DNA from: Octopus vulgaris
Lineage: Eukaryota
Assembly: GCA_951406725.2 (NCBI GenBank)
Contig: OX597814.1
Location: 176,204,001 to 176,268,000 of the forward strand
Length of the DNA: 64,000 nt
Reading direction: 5' to 3'
The notes under the pieces were generated by a model that did no database searches, was not told where the DNA came from, and worked only from the letters and a program-made list of their open reading frames with translations. Position numbers and translations under genes: made by a program. This document shows positions 31,269 through 44,044 of this stretch, piece by piece (within the stretch, counting starts at the first letter, position 1; each line of letters starts with the position of its first letter).

Positions 31269-31911
31269 ACGCATTGTTATATGTAAATGGATGTATGAAT
31301 GTGTATATGGATGCTTTGCGGTATCATTTATGATGTATGTTGATATACACAACTTACCCACATGAAAAAAAATATATAACACTATACACACCTACGCATA
31401 CACACACACAAATATACACAGAAACGTGTGTACGCGCGCACACTTGTGGGAGTACGTGGATATATGGACGGTTGCATATGTGTGAGTGCGAGCGTCCCTG
31501 AGTATGTGTATGTGTATGTGTGCATGCATGGATGTGCGTGTGTGTACCCGCGTATGTAAACGTATTCATATACTCATATATACAATTTCTTTATTTGTCT
31601 AGTTGATTCGGCAATCATGATCACGGCCATGCTGGAGTACAGCCTTCTACTTAATTTATTTATTTATTTATTTTTCCTCTACACACACAGCGAAGGATTT
31701 GATTCCTGTTGTACTTTCTATCTTTCCTTGACGTTTATTCAACTCATTTTTTTTCCCAACTCCTAAACTTTCTTTCCATCTGAAGTTGTTTATTCTAAAA
31801 GCAATCGATCTTAAGCCACCCAGCTCAACATTATAATAACTAATTCATCGCCATCTTTTCTGTTTTTTTCTCCTCCTCCTCTTCACATTCTTCTTCTTCT
31901 TCTTCTTCTTC

Positions 31912-31970
<59 letters not shown>

Positions 31971-31973
<3 letters not shown>

Positions 31974-32179
31974 TAGTTTTATTTTTATAGCGTGCTTTCA
32001 CTTCACTACCGAGCGCAGCTCTGTGTGCCTTGGGTATGTGCTGTGATTTGTTTTGATGCTCTGATGGTTATTGTATGGAAAGTGTTCTGCGTAGGATGTG
32101 TGCAGTGCCTAGTAGTGCAATTTTCTGTATGTTATATGTGTTTGTAAGTCCTGGTGTTTTTGTTATGTATTTGTCTGAA

Positions 32180-32181
<2 letters not shown>
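31971..32181 (-). mobile_element. 3' end of a Dong/R4-like RLE retrotransposon inside (TAA)n
   Basis: Minus strand translates YSDKYITKTPGLTNTYNIQKIALLGTAHILRRTLSIQ*, followed by a ~100-nt UTR. (TAA)n lies on both sides. Confidence 0.85.
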
Positions 32182-32251
<70 letters not shown>

Positions 32252-32277
32252 CATTATTATATTATCATTATTATTAT

Positions 32278-32447
32278 AAGGCGGTGAGCTGGCAGAATCG
32301 TTAGCACGCTGGGCGAAATGCTTACCGGTATTTTGTCTGCTGTTACGCTCTGAGTTCAAATTAAGTACCAGTTGCGTACTGGGGTCGATTTAATCGACTG
32401 ACCCCCCCACCCACAAAATTTCGGGCCTTGTGCCTAGAGAAGAAAAG
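32278..32447 (+). mobile_element. SINE family B with internal deletion
   Basis: The head is joined directly to aagtaccagttgcgtactggggtcgat. Confidence 0.8.
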
Positions 32448-32448
32448 A

Positions 32449-32557
<109 letters not shown>

Positions 32558-32719
32558 CGGTGGAGAGTGATGATAGTAGTAGTAGTAGTAGTAGTAGTAG
32601 TAGCAGCAGTGGGTGGAGGAAGAGGAGGAGGAGTGATGGTGATGGTGGTCGTGGTCGTGCTAATGATGGTAGTGATTGTGGTTGTGGTGATGGTAGTCGT
32701 GATAGTAGTACTCGTGATG

Positions 32720-32771
<52 letters not shown>

Positions 32772-33986
32772 CAGCAGCAGTTTGTTTTTATAGTAGAAGT
32801 AGTAGTAAGTATGACTGCCACCACTACTGTTTTCCTTTTTCTAGATAATTGCCATCATTTACTGAAATTTGCATAGAATTCTTTGCTTTGCAATTTAGTT
32901 ATGTCGAATATCGAATACCGCTAGTATGAGGTTTTCTTCTTGCATACAAATACACACACACCTGTACATACATACAAACATATACACAAGCACACTTCCA
33001 CACACACACAACACACAAAACCAAAACATGTACAGACGCACCACACACGCTTATAAACATGTATTTATGCAAATTCAGCAATGAGAGGACAATTTGTACC
33101 AAAGTAATAACATGGAGATACATGTTGCTAAAATCAACAGAGAAAAAATAAATCCAAAATTCTTTTGACTCAACCTGATACATGCAGATATACGTATGTA
33201 TATATGTATATTATATTATGTGTGTGTGTGTGCGTGTGTGTATGTATGTGTGTGTGTGTCTGTGTGTGTGTTACATCATTTGTTATGCAAAATACTAAAT
33301 GCAAAAGTCGTATATGTGTTTCTGCGTTGTGTTACTCTGTGCATAAAATACCCTAGATAATAATATAGGTTAGATAAGTGCGTGTGGGCGCACGCGCGTG
33401 CGTGTATGCTCTATGCCTGTACGCGTGCGGGGATGGTGGTGGTGGTGGTGGTGGTGGTGGTGGTGGTGTTTGTAGCGTTGCGAATGAAAATTGAAAAGAC
33501 ATACTTCCAATAATCGGTATAATTCAAAAGAAATGCATTTTAATGAACTGCATGAGCTCTCTCTCACTCTCTCTCTCTCTCTCTTTCTCTCCCGCCCTCC
33601 CCTTTCTCACTCTCTCTTTCTCTCCTTCTCATTCATTCTTACACACACACATACACACACACACACATCCCGTCATTTATGCTAATGACTGCTAAATGAA
33701 GAAATACTTCAATGACAGATTTCAAAACAGATCGAAAAATGAAAAACGTTTCTTTTATGCGCATCAGGCAAAAACATTTACCCTGAAAGAAACTCAATTA
33801 TATCGACTTCAGTACTTGGCCGCTACTTATTTCATCGATTCTAGGATATATAAAAGGCAAAGTAGGCGAGATTTGAACTCGAAAATAATAACCCGGAAAT
33901 AATATAACAAAACATTTTTATCCAGGCTCTGTAATGACGACCATTCCATCGCCTTAGTGCATGTAATAGTTTTTTTTTTTACTATA

Positions 33987-34378
33987 GTAGGCGTAGGAGT
34001 GGCTGTATGGTAAGTAGCTTGCTTACGAACCACATGGTTCCGGTTTCAGTCCAACTGCGTGGCACCTTGGGCGAGTGTCTTCTACTGTAGCCTCGGGCCG
34101 ACCAAAGCCTTGTGAGTGGATTTGGTAGACGGAAACTGAAAGAAGCCCGTCGTATATATGTATATATATGCGTGTGTGTGTTTGTCCCCCTAGCATTGCT
34201 TGACAACCGATGCTGGTGTGTTTATGTCCCTGTTACTTAGCGGTTCGGCAAAAGAGACCGATAGAATAAGTACTGGGCTTACAAAAGAATAAGTCCTGGG
34301 GTCGAGTTGCTCGATTAAAGGCGGTGCTCCAGCATGGCCGCAGTCAAATGACTGAAACAAGTAAAAGAGTAAAGAGTA
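33987..34378 (+). mobile_element. SINE family A, full length
   Basis: Matches 15761-16177. Confidence 0.9.
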
Positions 34379-34486
34379 TATATATATATGTATGTATGTA
34401 TACATATATATATCTTTATATATATATGTATATAATATATATAGATATATATGCATGCATATATAAATATCACACAGACATATATA

Positions 34487-34545
<59 letters not shown>

Positions 34546-34546
<1 letters not shown>

Positions 34547-34926
34547 GTGAGAATTTACAAAAAATAAAAGACGAAGACGGGTGTGTAAACAACAAACAGA
34601 TGTATTAGTTAAACGCTCGGGAAATGAGAAAGTCTTTTACGTTTCGAGCCTACGCTCTTCGGCAGAAAGGAACACAGAAATAAACAGAGAAAATAGAAAA
34701 ATGTTTAGTGGCTAGCGATCTATATATGTATACATATACATATATATTTTTTTTTTCTCTCCTTGTTTCTCTCCGTGTTTCTTTTCTGTGTATCTTTCTG
34801 TTGAAGAGCGTAGGCTCGAAACGTAAAAGACTTGTTTTATTTATATTCCTGAGCGCCATACTAATACAATTGTTTGTTTGTATTCCACCTGCCTTCGTCT
34901 TTTGTTTATTTTCATAAAGCTTCCCG

Positions 34927-34928
<2 letters not shown>
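34546..34928. mobile_element. Inverted pair of Penelope-like pseudo-LTR fragments in (TA)n
   Basis: 34546-34700 is a diverged reverse complement of 34750-34925. Each arm contains gaagagcgtaggctcgaaacgtaaaagac. Confidence 0.7.
34793..34830 (+). ncRNA. Hammerhead-like motif with altered core (mirror copy at 34633-34669 on minus)
   Basis: tcttt CTGTTGA a gagc-gtag-gctc GAAA cg TA aaaga. Stems I and II pair; stem III is a palindromic ACGT. Confidence 0.5.
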
Positions 34929-34981
<53 letters not shown>

Positions 34982-35701
34982 TAAAGAAGGAAAATGCACA
35001 CACTTTATATGCAAATCGCAAATATTTAATTTTGACTGTGAAAAGCCTCGTAGAGAACGTAGCAACATTACTCCATTACTCTTTTTTTTAACAAAAACTT
35101 AAGATTCGTCTTACTAATTCTCTAGTGATATTTTAAGGTTATTTCTATAGATATTTCATAGAAATTTTAGCCAGCACTGATTTTTGCTACGCTTCGTAAC
35201 AAAATAATGTAAAAAGCTCTGCTAACGCAATAGAGCGTGCTATTGACTTCCGAAAACATTTAATATACTTTATAGTATAGTCTTCATCCACATAAATGTC
35301 AGTCGCTGGAGTCTCTCAAGAAAATATGTGAGGTTTGTTCTTCTGTTCCGTCTTTAATTGGGTAAAATTTATTGTACGTTATCCAATTATTCGATTCATT
35401 ACTCATGATTATTTATATATATATATATTCTTTTGGGGGATCTTATGGCAATTTTCTTTTCATCTGTGGTGTCACATCTTCCCTCTGTGTATTCCGATAC
35501 AGTACATTACGCTTATGTAATGCTTAATTGTATCGGAGTATAATTCAGACAAATTATATTATTAGAACAACGGTTTCTCTAGAAAATCGCCCGTGGGGAT
35601 AGAGAAAGCTGGTATCTATAGTTTCATTAACTGTACGTGGTAGTACTGCGTTTGATTAAAAACAAGCTTCAGGTTCTGTAGTAGTAGTAAATATGATAGT
35701 A

Positions 35702-35844
<143 letters not shown>

Positions 35845-36837
35845 CATGCGATTAACAACTTTGCACCACATAGGCGACAACCCTCCAACTCATGGATCTG
35901 TTTGGGTAGCCGTTGCTGGTGATGGTTTTACGAGGTCGGAGTGCAAATTCTAGCACAGCCTTTTAGTCGCTTTTTACAACATTTTCTTTTACATGTCGGA
36001 TCCCACCCAGCAGATCTGGCCATGATTTGATACATTATAACCTATTACATTATATCCAAAACGATAGAACGTGTCATATTTCATGGCAATATCATTTTAA
36101 TATTTTAGACAATAAACTAGGCTAACACATATTTGGTTATTGCATGCACAGTTTTAGAGTTATCTTTCGAGTATATTCATATCTACCCACAGTAACAAGT
36201 TTCAGCTCTATTTTTAAGCATTGCTGGTCTACTTATTTTTATTATTATGTGTCTGATAGATGAGGAAACAGAGACGGAGACGGGCAGACAAATAAACTAC
36301 AACTGAATTTTCGGTGTTTGTGACTGGTGTAAGGGATACGGACGTTGTATGAACACGTATCTGTGTAGAGAATTAAACTGACATTTTAAATATCTTTGTT
36401 ATGTGGGGGATACTGAAAACCGGTGTTTTAAGCATATTTCATATTTATATGTTTTCTGAGTACTTCATGAAGACGTGATGAAAAAGCAAAATGTGAATGG
36501 CATCGGATAGAGATATAAAAATCAATAATAAGCTAATAAAGAGATATATGAAAATGTAAGTTTACATAAAGGCACGTGTCGTGTTACATGATGTATCTTT
36601 TGTACAAAATGTCATGTTTCAAGTTTTAAAAGCAGTTTTTTTGCATATTATAATTCTACATATTGTATAATGCGTCGTAAAATGCCTCATAAATCTTCAA
36701 ATAACCATTCTATTGCCACTATGAAATAATTCAAGCCAAAATTTGACTTAGATTTTATTATTGTGTGATAACCTAGTTTAACACAAGACGGATTTACTAG
36801 AGAGGAGTTAAATTGTTTGACATTCGTATATATTCTA

Positions 36838-37254
36838 TAGCGCAGTAGTGGCTGTGTGGTAAGTAGCTTGTTTACCAACCGCATGGTTCCGGGTTCAGTC
36901 CCACTGCGTGGACCCTTGGGCAAGTGTCTTCTACTATAGCCTCGGGCCGACCAAAGCCTTGTGAGTGGATTTGGTAGACGGAAACTGAAAGAAGCCTGTC
37001 GTATATATGTATATATATGTATATGTATGTGTGTGTTTGTGTGTCTGTGTTTGTCCCCCTAGCATTGCTTGACAACCGATGCTGGTGTGTTTACGTCCCC
37101 GTCACTTAGCGGTTCGGCAAAAGAGACCGATAGAATAAGTACTGGGCTTACAAAGAATAAGTCCCGGGGTCGATTTGCTCGACTAAAGGCGGTGCTCCAG
37201 CATGGCCGCAGTCAAATGACTGAAACAAGTAAAAGAGTAAAAGAGTAAAGAGTA
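36838..37254 (+). mobile_element. SINE family A, full length
   Basis: Matches 15761-16177; tail (gtaaaaga)n. Confidence 0.9.
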
Positions 37255-37457
37255 ACACTTTTCAATATGTTCGATGAAACCGACGTAAATCGGATATATC
37301 AAATAAGCTGAGGTTTATCGTTCCCATTAATATCCTTTAAAAAAACGACGTAACGTCGAAAAACACTTAACTCGAAGCAACGTAAGTTGAGGTATGCCTG
37401 AATAAGGTGTTTGTACTTAATAAAAAGTAACTAAACTAAACCAATATTTAGCCTGTA

Positions 37458-37860
37458 TAAGGCGGCGAGCTGGCAGAAACGTTAGCACGCCGGCCGAGAT
37501 GCTTTGCCGTATTTCGTCTGCCGTTACGTTCTGAGTTCAAATTCCGCCGAGGTCGACCTTGCGTTTCATCCTTTCGGGGTCGATTAAATAAGTACCAGTT
37601 ACGCACTGGAGTCGATATAATCGACTTGTTCCGTTTGTCTGTCCTTGTTTGTCCTCTCTGTGTTTAGCCCCTTGTGGGTGGAAAAGAAATAGGTATTTCG
37701 TCTGTCTTCACGTTCTGAGTTCAAATTCCGCCGAGGTCGACTTTACCTTTCATCCTTTCGGGGTCGATAAATTAAGTACCAGTTACGTACTGGGGTCGGC
37801 ATAATCCACTGGCCCCCTCCCCCAAAATTTTGGGTTTTGTGCCTAGAGTATAAAAGAATA
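37458..37860 (+). mobile_element. SINE family B, dimeric form, ending about 70 bp before the SK splice acceptor
   Basis: Two tandem cores, with TSD-like ccaatattta(g/a)cc flanks. Confidence 0.88.
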
Positions 37861-37904
37861 TATAGCCAATATTTAACCATTCTGTTGTATTTATAACTCT
37901 TTAA

Positions 37905-37933
37905 CAGTAATCTTTATTTCTATTTTTCAACAG
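37905..37933 (+). promoter_or_regulatory. Polypyrimidine tract and 3' splice acceptor of the SK exon
   Basis: tctttatttctatttttcaacag lies directly before the ORF. Confidence 0.7.
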
Positions 37934-39412
37934 GTGTGGAATCAAGGCTGCACCAAGATGGAAGACATGACATCCCCGCTTGTCAAATGTGAAGAGGAAT
38001 ATCCGCGCTACACCGACGATCATCCAATGGATATTCGAGCCATTAACACGACAACATTAGACGATGAGTTGGATTCGCCATCTGACATCATACCAACTAA
38101 CAGCGATAACTCATTGGCTCATTGCGCTGGCGGACGTAGCGCCATGGGTGCAGGCGGGAAGAGTTTTGCCAACCTCGGGTTTCGACTTCGAGAACGAAAA
38201 CTATTAATTGAAAAGAAACGTTGGATTGTTGATTTGGAGGTTGGTCTAGCTCTGATAGGTATTCTGATCATGGTGGTCGACACTGAGCTGTACTTCCAGA
38301 GCTATTACACTATTGACTCTTTACCCTCTCAGTGGCTAAAACTGATGGTATCCATTAGTACTGTAGTCCTTCTTTTCGTTGTCTGCATGTACTACATGGT
38401 GGACATGCAGCTGCGTATGGTCGAACTCGGTCTTCGTTCCTGGAGACTTGCCGTCAGCAAGGGGTTCGTGTTAAAACTCCTTATTGAAATATTAATATGT
38501 TGTGTACATCCGCTACCTATTCATATCGGTACGTTGGAGTTGAAGGCTCCTGAGAAAGCTACTAGAGCATCTCATATTGTTGAAGATCCACTGGCAGCCG
38601 TCCTGTCCATCCTGATGTTCATGAGACTATATTTAATTGCTCGCTTCATGGTAGTTCATAGTAACGTGCTAATTGACAGTGCAGTGCAGAGTCTGGGAAC
38701 TCTCAGCAGGGTCAATATCAATGCACAGTTTGTATTTCGAGCCCTCATGTCCACCTGTCCCGGTGGCGTATTGGGAATTATAATGGTCAGTGTATTTTTG
38801 ATTGGTTCTTGGACAATGCGTGCTTGTGAAACCCATTCAGCGCCTGGCAGCGATACACATACAATATCACAGGCGATGTGGCTAACAGCAGTCACTTTCC
38901 TCACGTTGGGTTACGGTGACTTAACACCAAGCAGTCGTTGTGGCCGGTTCATTGCAATATGGACCGGGCTCATGGGGGTTGGTATCACAGCTCTTTGCGT
39001 TGCCGTCCTGGCACGAAAATTAGAACAGACTCGGCCGGAAAAATATGTACACACATTTCTACGGCGCATGCGCCTCGATCAACGACACAAAAATGCAGCC
39101 TCAGACGTATTGAAGCAAGCACTCATGATATGGCGGTTGAAAAGAGCGGGCTTGCCAGAATCCAACGCACAGATTATGCACCATAGGCGGAAACTAATTG
39201 ATGCCACTGCGATCATGCGAAGCGCCAAAGAAGTTAGCAGTATGGTAAGAGAAAATACAGTCGGCATTATCGAGGTGGCCAACAGTGTCAATGAAATCTA
39301 TAACTTAGTGAAATCTATCAAAGATGAACAGAGAGTAATACAGACACGACTATCTTCTCTCGAAGTACACATAATGGGTGTGAACAAACAATTACAAATT
39401 AACAAATCTTGA
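37934..39412 (+). CDS. KCNN: Small/intermediate-conductance Ca2+-activated K+ channel (SK/KCNN family), divergent; CDS in a single exon, probable ATG at 37958
   Basis: The 492-aa ORF has the SK hallmarks LGFRLRERKLL (pre-S1), EILICCVHPLP (S3), LSILMFMRLYLIARF (S4), pore AMWLTAVTFLTLGYGD, S6 ALCVAVLARKLE, EKYVHTF and KNAA of the CaM-binding region, and a C-terminal coiled coil. The ORF begins right after a splice acceptor (ttttcaacag, ending 37933). aagATGg at 37958 is in good Kozak context. Confidence 0.93.
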   Translation: MWNQGCTKMEDMTSPLVKCEEEYPRYTDDHPMDIRAINTTTLDDELDSPSDIIPTNSDNSLAHCAGGRSAMGAGGKSFANLGFRLRERKLLIEKKRWIVDLEVGLALIGILIMVVDTELYFQSYYTIDSLPSQWLKLMVSISTVVLLFVVCMYYMVDMQLRMVELGLRSWRLAVSKGFVLKLLIEILICCVHPLPIHIGTLELKAPEKATRASHIVEDPLAAVLSILMFMRLYLIARFMVVHSNVLIDSAVQSLGTLSRVNINAQFVFRALMSTCPGGVLGIIMVSVFLIGSWTMRACETHSAPGSDTHTISQAMWLTAVTFLTLGYGDLTPSSRCGRFIAIWTGLMGVGITALCVAVLARKLEQTRPEKYVHTFLRRMRLDQRHKNAASDVLKQALMIWRLKRAGLPESNAQIMHHRRKLIDATAIMRSAKEVSSMVRENTVGIIEVANSVNEIYNLVKSIKDEQRVIQTRLSSLEVHIMGVNKQLQINKS

Positions 39413-39806
39413 ATATTAAGAGAAAAAAATAATAATAATAATAAAAAGAGGAAATATACACTGTCATTTAAAAAATGCTGATATCGAGATTATTCTGCTT
39501 CAAAATATTATATCAAATTGGAGCCATTGCTAACATTTTTTTTTCTTTTATATTACGTTACTCTTTAAAATGTTAACGTGATTTGTTATTATTTTTATGG
39601 ACCAATATTCCACTGTTAAACGGCGTTAGCTACAACACACTCATTTTATATTTCTGGTTTATTAATACTATTTAAACAACAATGTTTGCACGCAAATCTG
39701 ACGTTTCGGATAATCATTAATAATTTAAAATGATAATAATTATAACAAGCATCTCACGATGATCGTCATCATCATGACATAATTACTGCTACCATAATAA
39801 CGATGC

Positions 39807-39850
<44 letters not shown>

Positions 39851-40280
39851 TGATGATGATGATGATGATGATGGTGAATAATCTATGTCAGCATTTGATG
39901 ATGACCGCAAAATTATGAGTCACACAAAACAACAAACAACTAAATACAATGAAAACTTAAGACACAACCCAACACGAATGTGATGCATATACTAAATTTA
40001 GTCTATTATAATTTCTTTTTAACTGACCAATTTAAAACATGTTATCTCTTCAGAAAGAGAAATCTTGTTGAACACTGATTCCTATTTGCCAATATATAAA
40101 CACGGATTTCTATTTTATTTCCCTTAACTAATAATCTCAAGACAAACATTTCTCTAAAACCTTCCATTTCCTCTTTCAACCTCTATATCTCTCTTCTCTT
40201 TCTTTTTGTAACTATTAGCCTCTCTCTTTCATTCTTTCTTTTTCTTTCTCTCTTTTTATCCTCTTCTCCTTCTCTACCTT

Positions 40281-40325
<45 letters not shown>

Positions 40326-40525
40326 TCGTTTATCTGTTAATCTATGAGTTTATTTCTTTCTACCTATCTTTCTATTTATCTGTTTGTCTGTCTAAATATC
40401 TGTCTGTCTATTCTTTCTCTTCATCTTTGTTTCATTCTCCATTCTTCTATTTATTTATTTTTCTCTATCTCTCATATCTATCAATCAAACTCTCTGTATG
40501 TCTATATTTATCAATCTATTTATCT

Positions 40526-40573
<48 letters not shown>

Positions 40574-40594
40574 GTGTGTATGTGGGTGTTTATC

Positions 40595-40630
<36 letters not shown>

Positions 40631-40702
40631 TACATACATAAGTATAACATATATGTACTTGTACAGAGACGCATACATGTGTATAGAAATATATATACAT
40701 GC

Positions 40703-40734
<32 letters not shown>

Positions 40735-40751
40735 GTATATATATATATATG

Positions 40752-40821
<70 letters not shown>

Positions 40822-41142
40822 TATATATACATATATAATTATATATATATATATATACATATATAATTATATATATTTATATATATACACACACGGTTAT
40901 ACATGTGTCATGTACAAGCTAATGTTCTATTATTTGTTGTATATTATTTTTATTCCTCTACTTACTTAACTATTTCTGCTACTCTATCTATTTCTCTATC
41001 TTGGGAAGGTTCCTATCGTTTTGTTCAGCTGTCTATTCATATCAGGCGCACAGAAAACTATATATATATATATGTATGTATGTATATATAATATATATAC
41101 GTATGTATTATCATATATGTATAAGTATACGCATATAGATGC

Positions 41143-41187
<45 letters not shown>

Positions 41188-41255
41188 TGTATGCGTATAT
41201 ATATATATATATATATATACATATATATGTATGTATGTATGTATATATATATATA

Positions 41256-41302
<47 letters not shown>

Positions 41303-41450
41303 GCATTGATCTGTATAAACTATTATAATTCAAGACTGCATGAGTGTATGAATGTGTATAAGTGTGTGTGTGTGTGTAAGAGAGAGAGAGACAGACAGAG
41401 AAAGAGTCTGTGTGTGTGTGTGTGCGTGTGTGTGCATGTATGTGTGTGTG

Positions 41451-41484
<34 letters not shown>

Positions 41485-42143
41485 CGTGTGTGTATGTGTG
41501 TAATTTTTTTAATCTCTTCGTTATATATTTTCGAGTAAACATTTACTTTTTGTTGAATACAGATGAATGTAGCATCTTGAAGAATTCTTTACAAACATAC
41601 GCATATTCGATTGTGCAGGTATATTCGTACTATTTTTTTTTTCTTCTTGAGAACAATAGATATATCTATATATACAAATGTCCAAACATACATACACACA
41701 GACACACACACACACACACAAGAAAATATTAGCAAACTGAAAACTCAATGGTAACTGTTAAAAGGTCTTTGAAAGATGGGAACATATTATAGGGAAACCA
41801 TGAAACGTGAACAAAGAAACGGAACGAAAGTTCAGCGGAATGCTTCACTTATTCACTGAGCTGTTTCGGCCATATTTACTTGATAATGCTGCAAATTTTT
41901 ACTTCTTGCCGAAAAATATAAGAAAGAAATATAAGCTTTGAGATGAACTCTTCTAAAAAGTATAATATTTGTGGAAGAGGAACCGTTATTTATACTTGGG
42001 TCTGTGGGCGTTATCCGCTAGTTTACAGTTTTTACGGTTTGGTAGTCAAACGGTGCTGAATTAATATGCCTCCATTATTCCTTCTTTTGAATTTACATCT
42101 AAAGTTTGCTGTTTTGGGAATGATATAAAAGTGGCTTATTCTC

Positions 42144-42207
<64 letters not shown>

Positions 42208-42370
42208 TTTTGTGTGTGCGCGCACATATGTATATATGTATTCGCACACACAGATACAGCATATATATTTCGGGTACCTCCAGTACATGTACCCAGGTAT
42301 CTTTATTACGTCAGTAAAGTTATTCTGTAACTATACATATTGAAATATTTGCAAATACAATCTCACACTA

Positions 42371-42438
<68 letters not shown>

Positions 42439-42520
42439 GTAAGTATGTATATATATATATATACACACTGACATAAGGCGACCTGTTAAGACTCACCTCT
42501 TTAGTGTCTAAATATACACT

Positions 42521-42556
<36 letters not shown>

Positions 42557-42987
42557 ATATATATCAGTGTATTTGAGAGTGGGATTACAGAAACACTGAT
42601 TCTTTCAGCAAACAAATAAAGGACTTCAATACACCAGTCATGTAAATATTTAATGTGTGGGATTATTGTTCCAGCTTACGGCAAGCAATTCATCATTCAG
42701 AGTTTCATTTCTTTGTTCTTGGACATTGCTATGACAGGGCTGATTGACGGAACAGATTTTCTTTACAGGTTATTTCCACCAATGTAAAATTGCAGGAAAG
42801 AAGTTGGTTTGCGTACTATATATGTAAATCGCTAAAAATAATAGAAATCAATAGTTTGTGTCTAGTCGTATGTAATTCGGTAATTTGAAAGATCGATATA
42901 CCCTACTTAACTTGGAAATTTATCTTCCACTTGTAGGTATGTATAAGTACGTATGTATCTGTATACGCATGTACGCATGTATGCATA

Positions 42988-43033
<46 letters not shown>

Positions 43034-43212
43034 ATGTCCATATATATATATATAAATGTAAATATGCGTACATATTCGTATATATATATATATATGTATC
43101 TGTATAACACATCCAAACTGAATTGCATGTTTACAGCGACATAACAATAGACGTACACAGGTATATCAGTGCTTGCGTGTGTATGTTCATACAGACATAC
43201 ATATGTGAGTGA

Positions 43213-43297
<85 letters not shown>

Positions 43298-43637
43298 CGT
43301 GAGTGTATACACGCGCATATATGTATATTATCGGTCCGTATATTCATGTCTTTTGTTTATACACCCATTTGTTGCGGTATAGGACCAGCGAGGACACTAC
43401 GCAACGCCGAATGTCCCAGACCAGGTATGACAACTCGCCTCGGATGACAGGGAATGGTACATACCGATATTTCACCATTACTATGGTTTATTAATAGCAT
43501 GTACTTGAATCATCCCGAAACGAAGTGAATCGCTGGTCTGGGAGTTATTTGCAAATATAGTGAAGTTTATGGTCATGTGTGCGTATATATGCATATATAT
43601 GTGTATGTATATATATAGTGTATATGTGTGTATATGT

Positions 43638-43692
<55 letters not shown>

Positions 43693-43848
43693 TATACAAG
43701 TGTAATGTACTTTATATGTACAAATAGATGTACAACAGCTACTGTTAATCTTAAAGCTTCACGTAGATTATCATTCTCCATCAGTATATATATGTATATA
43801 TATGTGTGTATGTGTGTGTGAGTGTGTGTGTGTGTGTGTATGTGTGTA

Positions 43849-43898
<50 letters not shown>

Positions 43899-44044
43899 AA
43901 TCGAGAAGAGTAACCAGCGGTATACACTTCAATTGGATGTGACCATTTCTGAGGTTCCACTCGCTATGAAACATATGTAGCCCAGATTCCCCATACTCCA
44001 ATCCGTAACACTTGTACATATATATATATATATATGCATATATA

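Noticed and set aside
38656-39291. Alternate-frame and antisense ORFs over the SK gene
   Set aside because: Shadow ORFs of the channel CDS.
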